Assembly: GCA_000004695.1 (NCBI GenBank)
Contig: CM000151.3
Coordinates: forward strand, 7,456,001-7,520,000
Length of the DNA stretch: 64,000 nt
Source: Dictyostelium discoideum
Lineage: Eukaryota
Direction: 5' to 3'
The translations under genes were made by a program, and so were the position numbers. Shown here piece after piece: positions 23,610-36,420 of this stretch. Within the stretch, counting starts at the first letter, position 1. Each line of letters opens with the position of its first letter. A model generated the notes under the pieces. The model searched no databases. It worked only from the letters and a program-made list of their open reading frames with translations, and was not told where the DNA came from.

Positions 23610-25475
23610 TTATTGTTGTCTATTTTCTAATTTAATTTTTTGTTTTAAAATTCTTATACCAACTCTATGTCTTTTATAAATTATAGAACCAATTATAATA
23701 ATGATTGCAGCACCTACAGCTGGTGCAACAATTACCACTGGTAAAAACCATTTTGGTCTGGAATCATCATCATCACATGAAGTTTTATAATCTTGGTCTA
23801 CTAATAAAGAGAAATCAGGATCAATTAAACATGTTTTACAATGTGGTAGATTTAGCCCAATTAAAATAGAATCAGTTCTTTGTCCAACAATTGAAGTTGA
23901 CATAAAAGTTTCTCTACCATCCGAAATTACTTTATTGATAAATCTACCATAAAAAGTTTTTGAATCTTTTGAAATGGTTAAATAATTTAAAGATTGATCG
24001 TTTTTGAAATCATTTGTATTTATATCTAATTTCTTTGCGTTACAATTTTTATTACCATTTGAATTATTATTACTATTATTATAATCGCCTAGAGATGATT
24101 TAATTCTTAATTGAATTGAATTTAATGTACTATGATATGTATAATTTTGAATTGAAACTGTTAATTTAAGTGAACCGGGTGATAATGTAAAATTAACACC
24201 TGCAAATGAATAATTTTTATTTTTACCAATAACTTCTTCAATTGAATATTCAATTGTGCAACTTGCATTTGAAATAAATTGTGAAAATACAACAATTCTA
24301 TTATTATCATTATTAGTATTATTATTGTTATTAGTTTTATTCCATTTATTACTTAATAAAAATTCATTTACTGTTGAACCATTAAAATTTAATTCAACAA
24401 GTGAATAAATAGAAATTTGATAATTTGAACCATCATTTGAAATTGAAGCTTCACCTGTTGTTTCATTAATATTTGGTTTTGATGATGGTGCATCAGGGTT
24501 GGAATCTTGTGAATTACAATTGAAACCTGTAAAACCATTGATACAAGTACAAATTCCTGAATCAGTATTACATATACCATTTGATGAACTTGTACAATCA
24601 TTAGGACATGAATGTTTAATTTTAGTATATTGAAAAATTTGTTTGCCAGTGTAGGATATATCCATATCGATTATTGTTACATCTTTTATACCTTCACCTG
24701 GACCAATATCACATTGAATTGTTGAATCATTAATAACTTGAATATTCTTACATTGTAATTCACCAATTTTAATTGATAATCTTTGAGATGTAGTTGTTGT
24801 TGTTGTATTATAAATACCAAAATAACCATGTAAATAAGTTGTACCGCCATTAATTGTTGTTGAATCAACAGAGTTGATATAAATTCTAGACAATTCACAA
24901 CCTTTACCATTGGTTTGAGAATCACATTCACATTCACCAGTTACTCTATTACAAGTACCATGTGGTTGTGAACAATTCAATGGACAATCTCTACAAACTA
25001 GGCTAGTATCAATTTGGACTCCATATGTACATCTTTGAATTTCTAGTCCAGGTGCTGTTACATTTAATTTTGGGATATTTGGGTTACATGAAAAAACAAA
25101 TGATGTTTTTCTTCTATTTGGTTCTGGTGCATCAGAACAATCATTACCTGTTATTGGTTGGAAAATTTTTGATCTATACACAATTGTCATACCACTTGAT
25201 GTATAATTTACAGTTTCACCAACATCTATAGAACCAAGTTGAAAAATTCCAATACTCTGACATGCTGTTGCTCCAGTTACATTACAAATATTAAGTGTGC
25301 CATTGCAAAAATTAAAATAAGTTTCGAATGAAGTTGATGATAAATTTGTTGAAGGAAATGCTACTGTATATTTTAAATCTGGTATCCTTTTTTTTTTTTT
25401 TTTTTTTTTATTAATATAAAATAATTTTTTTATTTTTTTATGGATCAAACAGGATTAAAAAAAAAATTTTTTATT

Positions 25476-25522
<47 letters not shown>

Positions 25523-25655
25523 CTTACAATTTTAATGATGATAGATTATAAGGTTGGTTTACAATTGGATTAAAATATTGACAATCTGAACATTCAACTT
25601 TTGTTATAAAATTATTTAAAAATATAAATAAAAATACAAGTAATATAATTTTCAT
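23610..25655 (-). CDS. Type-I membrane glycoprotein: signal peptide, cysteine-rich N-terminal domain (possibly MRH-like), EGF-like modules alternating with IPT/TIG-like beta-sandwich repeats, TM and short cytoplasmic tail; 2 exons: 25655..25529 and 25386..23610
   Basis: Exon 1 MKIILLVFLFIFLNNFITKVECSDCQYFNPIVNQPYNLSSLK ends phase 2 before GTAAGA at 25527. The 142-nt poly-A/T intron ends aaaAG at 25388-25387; exon 2 supplies G (codon TTG). EGF-like C-spacing: CPLNCSQPHGTCNRVTGECECDSQTNGKGCE and CPNDCTSSSNGICNTDSGICTCINGFTGFNC. TIG-like repeats: NSVDSTTINGGTTYLHGYFG...IKIGELQCKNIQVINDSTIQC. TM: WFLPVVIVAPAVGAAIIIIIGSIIY. Confidence 0.75.
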
Positions 25656-25948
25656 TTTTTTTTTTTTTTTTTTTAAAAAATTAATATTAAAAAAAAAAAA
25701 AAAAAAAAAGATTTATAAAAAAAGAGAATTGAAAAAAACAAATAAAAAAATAAAAAAAATGATTGGTTTTTGGAATTAAAATGGGAAAAAAAAAAATAAA
25801 AAAATAAAAAAATAGAAAAAAAAAAAAACAATAAAAATATCTTTTTTATTTTTTTTTTTATTTTTTTTTTTTAAAAAAAGCTCGGAATAAATCAAAACCA
25901 CTCCCAATTTTTATTTTAAAAATATCTTCGCTCCCAAAAATAAAAAAG

Positions 25949-25983
<35 letters not shown>

Positions 25984-26047
25984 TTTTTTTTTATTTTTTT
26001 TTTTTTTTTCCGATTATTTTATGATTACTTTTTCTGACTAAATTTTT

Positions 26048-28506
26048 TTATTTTTCTTTCAAACCTTTTGCAGCCATTTTGATATTATGTTTAATAATTT
26101 TAATTTCCACTTTTTTCTTATAGTATAGTACAGATCCAATAATTATTATTAAAACAAAGGTAACGGCAGGAGCACCAATAACAACATATAAGAACCATTT
26201 TGGTCTAGCATCATCACATGATGTTTTAAAATCACTATTTACTAATAAACTGAAATCAGGATCAATAATCACTTTTTTTAAAAAATGAGGTAAATCTAAA
26301 CCAATAAAAACCACATCATTATTATTACTATTATTATAATTATTATTTATTACTGAAGTTGAAATAAATGTTGGCCTATCATCAGATAAAACTTTATTAA
26401 TGAAACGACCATAAAATGTTTTTGAATCTTTTGAAATTGAAAAATAATTATTTAAAGAATTACTATTATCCAATTTTTCCGAATTAATATTTAATTTCTT
26501 TGAATTACAATCAATATTATTATTATTTGTTTCATTTTTACCAATTTTCGATTTAATAATAAGTTGTAAATTATTTAAATTATTTAAATATTTATAATTT
26601 TCAATTACAATGGTTAATTTAATTGAACCTGATACAACAACAAAATCAACATCACAAAATGAAAACATTTTATCTTTACCAACCACTTGTTCAATAATAT
26701 ATTCAATTTTACAATTTGAATCATTATTTAAATTTTGTGAAAATGTAACAATATTATTAATATTTGTGTCATTTGCCAATGGAGAAGAAGATGATGATGA
26801 TGAAGATTAATTCCAACTATTTTCAAGAAGGAATTCTTTAACAATTGTACCATTATAATTTATTTCAACTAATGAAAAAATACTAATGAAATATTGTGAT
26901 TTTTCATTTATAATTGATGATTCACCAGTTGTAAGATTTACATTAGGAGTTGATGGTGATAAACCTTTTGAAGAACAATCGATACCAGTGAATCCTTCAT
27001 CACAAATACAAGCTCCATTTGTTGTATTACACTTACCATTTAAATAACAATTTGTTGAACAATTGAAAGATGGTTGGATATATTTAAAAATTTTCTTACC
27101 CATAGCTATTAAATCATTATCAAAAATTTCAACATCTTTAATACCACTACCTTTTCCAATAATACAATTTATAGTTGAATTATTGAACTGATTAATATCA
27201 GTACAATGCAAATCACCAATCAAAATGGTAATATTTGAAGTTAAAATACCAAAATAACCATAAATCGTTACATTTCCACCTTCGATTGAAGTTGAATCAA
27301 TTGAACTAATATACAATTTTGATATTTCACAACTATTACCTATTGTTTGTGAATCACAATTACAGAAACCAGTGCCATCTTCTTCAACAACTATGCATAA
27401 ACCATGATTTGAACAATTTAAAGAACACTCAATATATTTAAATTCAACTGTCGAAGAATTAGATTTACCAATTGAAATTATAGTATTGTGAATACCAGTA
27501 CCTGGTCCAACATAACAAGTTATGGTCGTTTCATTAATATGAGTTATATTTATGCATTGTTGATAGTCACCAATATAAACTGTAAATGGGAAATTATCAT
27601 TTGGTGAACCAAAATTACCATAAAGTGTTGTTAAACCACCACTAATATTTAAAGGAACAATTGAATTTAAACTCAAATGATAAGTCTGACAATGGTTACC
27701 ACTAGTCAATGAATTACAATTACATGTATACTCCTGATCGAATTGACATTCACCATTTGTAGAACAATTTGCTATACAACCATTGAAGAATATCTTGGCA
27801 TGAACTGGTCCTAAATCACCAATTCTTAATATAACATCCTTCGTTCCTTGATTCTTACCAGTTGTACAAATTAATTCATTCTCACTAATATAAAATATTG
27901 GGTTACAATTTAATTCTTCTATTGAAATTGAAGTTGAACTAGAATTATCGCCAAAATAACCTTTAAAAGTTACATTTCCTCCATCTGCTTTTACTTCTAA
28001 TTTATTGGTAATTTCAATTCGTGAATTGTCACATATTTCTCCATTTGTATATGAATCACAAACACATCCCTTTTGATCATTTATATCACATATACCATGT
28101 GAATTTATATCTCCACACCCTGGTGGACAAGGTACACATACTGTATTGGTTAAATAGGTAACACTATAAATACATGTGGCAATTTCCTTAATTTTATTAT
28201 CTTCAATTTGTTTTTTAAATAAAGTTGAATTATATCTAGTACCACAAACTAAATTGACTGTCAAATTTCTCTGACGATTATTTTTCACACAATCATCTTC
28301 TTTTCCAGTCAATAAAATTTTTAATCCATCAATAGTTGGTTCATAAAGAATTTTTTCACCAATTGTCTTACATCCTGATTCTTGTATAAAAGGAGCTTTG
28401 ATTTTATAAAATAGGCACAAAAATTCCGCATTTTCACAAAAATTTATATGAGATCTTAATTCTGGTTTATCATTTTGATAAATAAATGTTAAATAAGAGT
28501 TGGAGC
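26048..28506 (-). pseudogene. Tandem paralog of the 23610..25655 gene, same domain order through TM and tail, interrupted by one in-frame TAA (26807..26809); probable recent pseudogene, or an allele/truncated secreted isoform
   Basis: ORF-track ORFs 26807..28420 and 26048..26779 are in the same frame and separated only by TAA. The paralog reads AAA (Lys) at the aligned codon (...KWN-K-TNNNN vs ...SWN-*-SSSS). Exon 2 acceptor ttaatAG at 28508-28507 is phase 2 like the paralog. I could not find a convincing signal-peptide exon 1 upstream; the region carries a 55-nt poly-T. Confidence 0.5.
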
Positions 28507-28531
28507 TATTAAATTAAAATACAATTAATTA

Positions 28532-28598
<67 letters not shown>

Positions 28599-28752
28599 AT
28601 TACCCTTGTAAACTACCTAAAATATAAGTTTTGTCAAATTTACTTTGATAAATACATTTGATTTGTGCAAAATTTATATTTTAAAGGTAAAATAATAATA
28701 AAAGAATAGGTAAAATGGGTTTCAAAATTTTTAAAAAAAAAAGATTTAAGAA

Positions 28753-28795
<43 letters not shown>

Positions 28796-29196
28796 CTTCA
28801 AACTAAATAAATAATAATAAAATAAAAAAAAAAATTAAAAAAAAAAAAAGCCACTTGATTATAAATTATTCAAAAAATTTGCCTTCCTTTTAAAAAAGAT
28901 ATTATCTTTAATAATCGATCTTTTTAGTCCAATAGTATAATTCCTTTTTTTTTTTTTCTTTTTTAAATTCCAACCAAAAACTTGTTTAGAAAATTTCCAA
29001 TAAAATTAAATAATTTTTAAGCCAATAAAAAAAATATCCAGTTTTGAAGCCATAAAAAAAAAAAAAAAAAATCTCTTCTTGTTTAATTCACTTTTTTTTT
29101 TTTCCAATTGTTTTTTTTTTTTTTATTTTTTTTTTTTTTTTATTTTTGTTTTTGTTTTTGTTTTTTTATGAATATATGAAAAAATTTAAATTAGTT

Positions 29197-30825
29197 TTAG
29201 TGTAAGAAATTTCTATTGCCAGTAAAAACCATTGGAATACCATATTTATTTGCAGCATCAATTACTTCTTGATCACGAATACTACCACCTGGTTGAACGA
29301 TACAAGCGATATTACCTTGATGAGCTAAATCGATTGAATCGGCGAATGGGAAGAAAGCATCAGAAGCCAAAACACTTCCTTTAACTTTATCACCACCAAC
29401 TTTCATACAAATGTCAACAGATTGTGAACGATTTGGTTGACCAGCACCAATGGCAACGATAGTTTCATCCTTTGATAAAACGATAGCATTTGATTTAACA
29501 TGTTTTGAAACTCTCCAAGCGAATAAGAGATCTTTCATTTGTTGTTCAGTTGGTTTATTTTCAGTGACGACCTTCCAATTCTTTGTAGCTTCAGCAAGGT
29601 CACCTCTGATGATTGGATTTGGAGATTGAAGTAAAGCACCACCAGTGATGGTACGAATATCAGGTTGAGTGAATTGAATTTGATTGGCGGCCTCTGGTAT
29701 ACGAAGAATACGTAATTTCTCTTTTTTACTTAACAATGCTAATGCATCTTCGGTGTAATCTGGTGCGATGATAACTTCATAGAAAACACTTTTCAATGCA
29801 GTTGCAGTCTCTAATGTTAAAGTTCTATTGAAACCCAAGATACCACCATAGGCAGATTTTGGGTCACCATTGAAGGCACGTTTATAGACCTCAGCTTGTT
29901 CACTATCATTAACACCCACTGAAAGACCGCATGGATTGGTATGTTTAATGACAACACATGCACATCTATCAAACTCTCTGACTGCTTTCAATGCAGCATC
30001 ACCATCTAAAATATTATTATAAGATAAAGCTGGACCATGTAATAATTGTGCATTTGCAATACCACCTGTACCTGGACATTGATAAAGTGCTGCTTTTTGA
30101 TGTGGATTCTCACCATAACGTAAATCATTCTTCTTTTCATATAATGGTAAAAATGTTTGTGGGAATTCTACATTGACAGATGCTGAATCTGTGCCTTTAA
30201 CACCTTGAATGGTAGTTGCATTTGTTAATTCAACCTTTGAAAGATATTGTGAAACGGCTGCATCATATGAACATCCATGTTGGAATGCTTTTAATGCCAA
30301 TTTCTTTCTCTCTTCCAATGTGATTGAGCTTAAAACATTGGTGGAATCAGTTGATGATTGTATACGCTCACCAATCCATTTATAATCTGATGGATCGACA
30401 ATGATTAAAACATTTTGAAAATTCTTTGATGATGCTCTAATTAATGTGTGTCCGCCAATATCAATATTTTCAATTGCTTCCTCTAATGTTGTTGATTCTT
30501 TTGATACTGTCTCTACGAATGGATATAAATTTACAACTACGATTGAAATTGGTTTAATGTTATATTTATTTAAATCGGCTTGATGATGTGCCAACTCTGG
30601 ACGTGCTAATAAACCACCATGAATCTTTGGATGTAAAGTTTTCACTCTACCATCTAACATCTCTGGATACTCTGTAACATCTGAAACTTGTTGAACTTTT
30701 AATCCATTATCAACCAATGATTTTGCTGTACCACCTGTTGAAATTAAATTAAATCCTTTACTTGAAAGAATCTTTGAAAATTCAACAATACCACTTTTAT
30801 TATAAACACTTAATAATGCTTGCAT
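29197..30825 (-). CDS. purH: Bifunctional purine biosynthesis protein PurH/ATIC (AICAR transformylase / IMP cyclohydrolase), 542 aa, single exon
   Basis: N-terminal MGS-like domain ALLSVYNKSGIVEFSKILSSKGFNLISTGGTAKSL...RVKTLHPKIHGG is the hallmark of IMP cyclohydrolase. C-terminal AICARFT domain, full length and collinear with PurH. Confidence 0.95.
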   Translation of the reverse strand: MQALLSVYNKSGIVEFSKILSSKGFNLISTGGTAKSLVDNGLKVQQVSDVTEYPEMLDGRVKTLHPKIHGGLLARPELAHHQADLNKYNIKPISIVVVNLYPFVETVSKESTTLEEAIENIDIGGHTLIRASSKNFQNVLIIVDPSDYKWIGERIQSSTDSTNVLSSITLEERKKLALKAFQHGCSYDAAVSQYLSKVELTNATTIQGVKGTDSASVNVEFPQTFLPLYEKKNDLRYGENPHQKAALYQCPGTGGIANAQLLHGPALSYNNILDGDAALKAVREFDRCACVVIKHTNPCGLSVGVNDSEQAEVYKRAFNGDPKSAYGGILGFNRTLTLETATALKSVFYEVIIAPDYTEDALALLSKKEKLRILRIPEAANQIQFTQPDIRTITGGALLQSPNPIIRGDLAEATKNWKVVTENKPTEQQMKDLLFAWRVSKHVKSNAIVLSKDETIVAIGAGQPNRSQSVDICMKVGGDKVKGSVLASDAFFPFADSIDLAHQGNIACIVQPGGSIRDQEVIDAANKYGIPMVFTGNRNFLH

Positions 30826-31395
30826 TCTTTAATTATTTAATTTAAAAAAAATAAAAAATAAAAAAAAATTAATATTAATTTAAAAAATTATATTATTTTA
30901 TTAAAAAAAAAAAAAAAATAAAAATAAAAAAATAAAAAAAAAAAAAAGTATCCGACGTTTCGTTTCGTTTGGTTGCACTTCATCAAAAAAAAAAAAAATA
31001 AAAAAAAAATAAAAAATAAAAAAAAAAAAAAGTAAAAACAGAAGAGTAAAAATTTTATAGATATAATTACCTTTTTTTTTTTTTTTTTTTTTTATTTATG
31101 TGAACTAACTAATAAATAAAATAATTTGTTGAAAAATAAAAATAAAAATAAAATAAAAAAAAAAAAAAAATTCTCTTGTAGTGGTGTGTGTTAATAAAAT
31201 AAAAATTAAAAAAAAAAAAAAAAAAAAAAATTAAAATTAATTGTGCATTTTACTTCCGTTTTGTTTTGCCGAAATCATGTTTCCAAAAGGAAAATAAAAA
31301 AAAGTGAAAGGGGTGTGAATGATTTTATAAATAAAAATTATTTACACACTGTTTTTTATTTATTTTTATTTTTTTTATTTTTTTATTTTTATTTT

Positions 31396-31981
31396 TTATT
31401 GATTTACTGTTTCCATTAAAAGTTTTGCTCCTTTTAATTCTATTTTTATCATCAAAATAAAATAAAAAAAATTTAAATAATTAGTATTTATTTATTTTAT
31501 TTTATTATTTATTTTTTTTATTATAATTTATAGAATTAACTTACCATAATATAATACATTAAATTTCTTTGCACTAATTTCAAAAGGATGATTAGTAATT
31601 TCATTATTTGAATGATTTTTAACTTTAAAATTTAATTGAACACTTGGAGAATTTACTTCTTGAATTGTATTTGAACTTAGAATGAAATCAACTCTCCAAT
31701 CCAATGAATGTAATGAAGGTAATTTTAAAGTATTATTATGAAAGATTGAACGTAACTTTTCTTTATGTTCTCTGAATGCTCTTGAAATGGAATCACAATG
31801 TTCCTTTGGTAAACCAAGTTGTTGTAATTCGGTTGATAATGTACTTTCATCAACATCATTTTTAACTGAATTAAATATAATAAAATGAATTGCTGCAATT
31901 AATGCTTTAATATCTCCAATTACAAATCCTGCATCTTTAACTAATTTCTCAACTTTTTCAAACTATAATTTAAAAATAATG

Positions 31982-32062
<81 letters not shown>

Positions 32063-32199
32063 TTTCAATATGTTAATATTATAGAAATAAAATAAAAATA
32101 TTATAATAATAATAATAACAAATAACTTACATCTATATTTTCACCTGATGCTAAACTTGTTATAACTTGTACTGTTAATAATTTAATTCTTATATTTGT
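31396..32199 (-). CDS. COMM-domain-containing protein, partial model of 3 exons: 32199..32131, 31962..31545, 31439..31396; the 5' ATG exon is not located
   Basis: Minus-strand GTAAGT at 32130-32125 and acceptor aaattatAG at 31964-31963 are phase 0; the intron carries (ATA)n at 31981..32060. GTAAGT at 31544-31539 and acceptor aaaaatAG at 31441-31440 give phase 1+2 = GAA. COMM-domain-like C-terminus ...LPSLHSLDWRVDFILSSNTIQEVNSPSVQLNFKV...KKFNVLYYELKGAKLLMETVNQ. In-frame TAG immediately 5' of 32199 implies one more upstream exon. Confidence 0.55.
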
Positions 32200-32907
32200 C
32201 TAAATGTGTATGATAAGAAGAATTAATAAATCAAATTTGATTTGTTTATTATTATTATTATTATTTTATTATTGCCATTATTATCATTATTATTATTGAA
32301 ACCTACAATTTTTGATAATGGTGAAATTTCACAAATAAACCATCTTGGGCATTTAAATCTCCACAAATTTAAATTTCTAAATAATACAATTTCGAGTATA
32401 AAAAAAAAAATCTTTGTTTTATTCTTAAAAATAGAGAGGGATATATACCATTTTTGTCCTTTGAGAGAGATTTTTGGTTTTTTTTTTTTTTAAAATTGGA
32501 GATAGAATTATATTTTTTTTTTTTTTTTCACTTTTTTATTTTCACTTTTTTTTTTTTTCACTTTTTTTTTTTTAATCAAATTTTAATTATTATCTTTTTT
32601 CACGTCTGGGTCAAAAATAAAAATAAAAATAAAAAAATAAAAAAGGTAACTTAGAAAGATCTTTTCCTAAAAAAAAAATAATAAACAAAAAAAAAAAAAT
32701 AAAAAAAAGGAAAAAATCAAATGTAAAAATAAAAAAAAAAAAAAAAGTTTAAAAAGAAAAAGCAAATGAATCTTTTTTGGTTCCAAATAAAAAATAAAAA
32801 TAAAAAAAAAAAAAAAATATCTTTTCCCACGAAACTTGTTTTTTTTTTTTTAATTTCATTTTAAAATTTAAAATTTGATTATTATACAATATATATATTT
32901 TTAAAAA

Positions 32908-33690
32908 ATGAATAAGTTTATTTTTAAAATATTTATTTTAATTAGTTTTATAATTTTAAATAATTATTATTTTTGTTTAGGTTATACAGTACCACAATTA
33001 TATGCAAATTTTATACCATACCAAAATGAAAAATGTATAGGTGATAGTATTGGGGTTGGATTATCAATTACAATTGGACCATGTATTGGCAATATTGGAT
33101 CAATAGTTGGTAGTAATTTCGAAGTTAAATCAACATCAACATTCTCATTATTTGTAAATGCATTGAGAGTTGGTATTTTTCAATATGATAAAGTTGAAAA
33201 TGGTGATAAATGTTTTGGAAGAGATTATTCGGAATTTTATACCTATAAAAATGGTACATGTAATTTAACACCACCATTCTTATCAGCTGGAAATCATTTA
33301 ATTTCAAATGGTACAACCATTGCAAACGGATTACCATTAAATAGTCAGTATTCAATATTTAGTATTACAGACTCTCCATTCTTTGGCTTACCATCCGATT
33401 CAATCAATACCCAAGTTTACACTCAATTTAATAATGAAAATCAAAATAATTGTTCAATTTCAAATCAATTATATTCAATCTATTTTACAAATAATTTAGA
33501 AATTAATTTTAATAATGATAATAATAAAGAAAATAATTATTCAATCACTTATTCTTGTGATTCAAATAATCAACCAACTCAAAATATTTGTAATAGTAAT
33601 AATAATAATAGTAATAATAATACTCAATGTAATACTGAAGAAGTTCCTTTAGATTGTTCAAATTCTCAATCAATTTATTGTATTTCTTAA
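32908..33690 (+). CDS. Secreted cysteine-rich protein, 260 aa, taxon-restricted
   Basis: Signal peptide MNKFIFKIFILISFIILNNYYFCLG, many N-glycosylation sequons, about 14 Cys, continuous ORF. Confidence 0.55.
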   Translation: MNKFIFKIFILISFIILNNYYFCLGYTVPQLYANFIPYQNEKCIGDSIGVGLSITIGPCIGNIGSIVGSNFEVKSTSTFSLFVNALRVGIFQYDKVENGDKCFGRDYSEFYTYKNGTCNLTPPFLSAGNHLISNGTTIANGLPLNSQYSIFSITDSPFFGLPSDSINTQVYTQFNNENQNNCSISNQLYSIYFTNNLEINFNNDNNKENNYSITYSCDSNNQPTQNICNSNNNNSNNNTQCNTEEVPLDCSNSQSIYCIS

Positions 33691-33844
33691 AAAAATTAAA
33701 ATAAATAAATTCTATTTTTAAATTGTATATTTTAACTTTTTTTTATTTTTTTTATTTTTAATTCCTTTTTTGTAATTTTATTTTCACACCAGTTTTATTT
33801 TTATTTTTTTTTTTTTTTAATTTTTTTTTTTTTTCAAAATTTTT

Positions 33845-33891
<47 letters not shown>

Positions 33892-33986
33892 TTCCTCGAA
33901 CTTGGTTTTCAATATTTAATTATAAAATTTTTTATTTGGAATTATAAAGTGTACTATAGAAAAGAAAGAGAGGATAGAGTGATATA

Positions 33987-36179
33987 ATGAGTACAGATAA
34001 AAAACAAGAAACAATTGCCAATAGCAACAATAATAATAATAATACATCACCTTCAAATATTACTACTCCTACTCCAACAACAGCAACAACTGATAAAACA
34101 ACATCAACACCAACAACAACATCAACATCAACACCAACAACAACATCAACACCAACACCAACACCAACACCAACACCAACACCAACACCAACACCAACAC
34201 CAACACCAACACCAACACCAACACCAACACAACAATCAAATATTTCATCATCATCAAATTCAACAGAACAAAATAATAATAATAATAATAGTAATAATAA
34301 TAATGATATAATTGAAAAAGATTTAACAAATAGAGAAATTGAAATTAAAAAGATAGTATCAAGTGCAGAATATACAGGACCACCAAAAAAAACTATATAT
34401 TTAGAGGATAATACAGATATATTTGATCCAAATGAACCACAGATAAAAGAGGATATAATTCGTATGATTATACAATATTTACAAGATGAAGGATATACAG
34501 CATCATTATTGACAGTTCAAGATGAAGCCAATGTTAAATTCAATGAACATGTATACAAGATAACACAAATGAAAAAGATGAAAAAAGCGATTTTAGAGGG
34601 TGATTGGAATGAAGTTGAAAAGTTAACAGCAAAGAATACATTTAAGAATCACCAATCATTCCTTTATGCAGTTTATAAACAAGCCTATTTGGAGTTATTG
34701 GAGAAACAAGAGTATCAAAAAGCATTTTCATACTTAACGAAACGTTTGAAACCATTGGAAGGTCGTCAAAACAATGCTGATGAGTTTAAGGATCTTTGCT
34801 ATTTACTCACTTGTAGATCGGTTCAAGAGTTGAATTCATTCAAGAGTTGGGATGGTTCAAAAGGTACCTCTCGTGAGAAATTGGTTGAACAATTTCAATC
34901 AATGTTGGAACTAGAGAATACAAAATCAACAGGTGCTCTATTTCGTGTACCACCACATCGTTTAATTTCATTATTCAAACAATCGGTTGCCTATCAAATT
35001 GAATTTGGCCGTTATCATCCAAAGGTTATGCCAAAAATTAAAACACTTTTAGATGACTATAGTTGTTTTGTTTTACCCAATAGTTTGAAATTCAATTGCA
35101 GTGGTCATAAAAAGAATGTTAAATGTGTTGAATTCATTGGTAATGGCTTAACATTGGCTTCAGGTTCAAGTGATAATACAATTAAACTTTGGAATACTGA
35201 AACTGGTACTTGTATTAACACCCTAACTGGTAATACAAGTAGAATTTGGGATTTATCTTCATCTTCAAATGGTAATTTATTAGCAAGTTCTGCTGGTGAT
35301 GGTATTATTAAAATTTGGGATGTTTCTCAAAATAAATCTTCAATTTCATCATCATCATCATCGTCATCATCATCATCAATAACATCATCAATTACATCAG
35401 GTATAAATAGTATTAGTATTAATAGTGGTATTAATAATATTAATAATAATTTAAATAATTTAAATAATAATAACAATAATAATAATAAATCAAATGTAAT
35501 TAATAATAATTGTTTATTAAGTTTAAAAGCACATGAAGGTGATGCATATACTGTTCAATTTCATCCAGGTCAAAATCATATAGCAACTGGTGGTTATGAT
35601 AAATCAATTCATTTATATGATGTTAGAACTGGTCAATTGGTTAAATCATTCTCTGGTCATACTGGATCCATTTCAAAGGTTATTTTCAATCCACATGGTA
35701 ATTTAATCATTAGTGGTAGTAAAGATAGTACTATTAAATTTTGGGATATCGTTAGTGGTGTTTGCATTAAAACATTATCTTCTCATTTGGGTGAAGTCAC
35801 TTCAATCGCTACCAATAGCAGTGGTTCCTATCTATTAAGTGCTTCAAAAGATAATTCAAATCGTCTTTGGGATATAAGAAATGCTCGTCCAATTAAACGT
35901 TTCAAAGGTCATCAAAATACTTCAAAAAATTTCATTAGAAGTTCATTTGGTCCAAATGAATCTTTGGTGGTTGGTGGCTCTGAAGATGGTTATACTTACA
36001 TTTGGGATATTGAAACTTGTAATATCCTTCAAAAATTAGGTACCCCTTCAAATAATATGCCAATGGTTTATTCTGCAACTTGGTGTCAAGAACAATCATT
36101 ATTAGCAACTTGTTCTCAAGATTGTTCTGTAAAATTATGGTGGTATGATAAATCAATGCCAGTTTTTAATTCAAATTAA
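33987..36179 (+). CDS. WDR26: WDR26/GID7-like LisH-CTLH-WD40 protein (CTLH/GID E3 ligase complex subunit), 730 aa
   Basis: LisH block EDIIRMIIQYLQDEGYTASLLTVQDEA. CTLH block AILEGDWNEVEKL...YLELLE. Collinear match to the human WDR26 linker as I recall it: [46 protein letters not shown] ~ SFKSWDGSKGTSREKLVEQFQSMLELENTKSTGALFRVPPHRLISLFKQSVAYQ. Then WD repeats (GSSDNTIKLWN, GDGIIKIWD, GSKDSTIKFWD). N-terminal (TP)n tract. Confidence 0.85.
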   Translation: MSTDKKQETIANSNNNNNNTSPSNITTPTPTTATTDKTTSTPTTTSTSTPTTTSTPTPTPTPTPTPTPTPTPTPTPTPTPTQQSNISSSSNSTEQNNNNNNSNNNNDIIEKDLTNREIEIKKIVSSAEYTGPPKKTIYLEDNTDIFDPNEPQIKEDIIRMIIQYLQDEGYTASLLTVQDEANVKFNEHVYKITQMKKMKKAILEGDWNEVEKLTAKNTFKNHQSFLYAVYKQAYLELLEKQEYQKAFSYLTKRLKPLEGRQNNADEFKDLCYLLTCRSVQELNSFKSWDGSKGTSREKLVEQFQSMLELENTKSTGALFRVPPHRLISLFKQSVAYQIEFGRYHPKVMPKIKTLLDDYSCFVLPNSLKFNCSGHKKNVKCVEFIGNGLTLASGSSDNTIKLWNTETGTCINTLTGNTSRIWDLSSSSNGNLLASSAGDGIIKIWDVSQNKSSISSSSSSSSSSSITSSITSGINSISINSGINNINNNLNNLNNNNNNNNKSNVINNNCLLSLKAHEGDAYTVQFHPGQNHIATGGYDKSIHLYDVRTGQLVKSFSGHTGSISKVIFNPHGNLIISGSKDSTIKFWDIVSGVCIKTLSSHLGEVTSIATNSSGSYLLSASKDNSNRLWDIRNARPIKRFKGHQNTSKNFIRSSFGPNESLVVGGSEDGYTYIWDIETCNILQKLGTPSNNMPMVYSATWCQEQSLLATCSQDCSVKLWWYDKSMPVFNSN
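34150..34228 (+). repeat. (ACACCA)n coding microsatellite, (TP)13
   Basis: Direct reading. Confidence 0.9.
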
Positions 36180-36420
36180 AATTACAAATAATAATAATTA
36201 TTATTATTTAAATAAATGAATAAATAAATAAATAAAACAATAAATAATAAAAACAAATTAATAATAAATAATTTATACATCACTTTTTTATTTTATTATT
36301 TTATTTATATTTATATTTATATTTGTATTTGTTTTTTTTTTTTGTTGGAATCTTTTTTTTTTCCAGAATTTTCCACATGGGAAAAAAAAAAAGTAATTAT
36401 TAAAAATTTTAATTAATAAA

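Noticed and set aside
24389-24937. Minus-strand ORFs 24389..24601 and 24686..24937, and plus-strand 25025..25231
   Set aside because: They are alternate frames nested in the long TIG-protein exon, with no independent start context.
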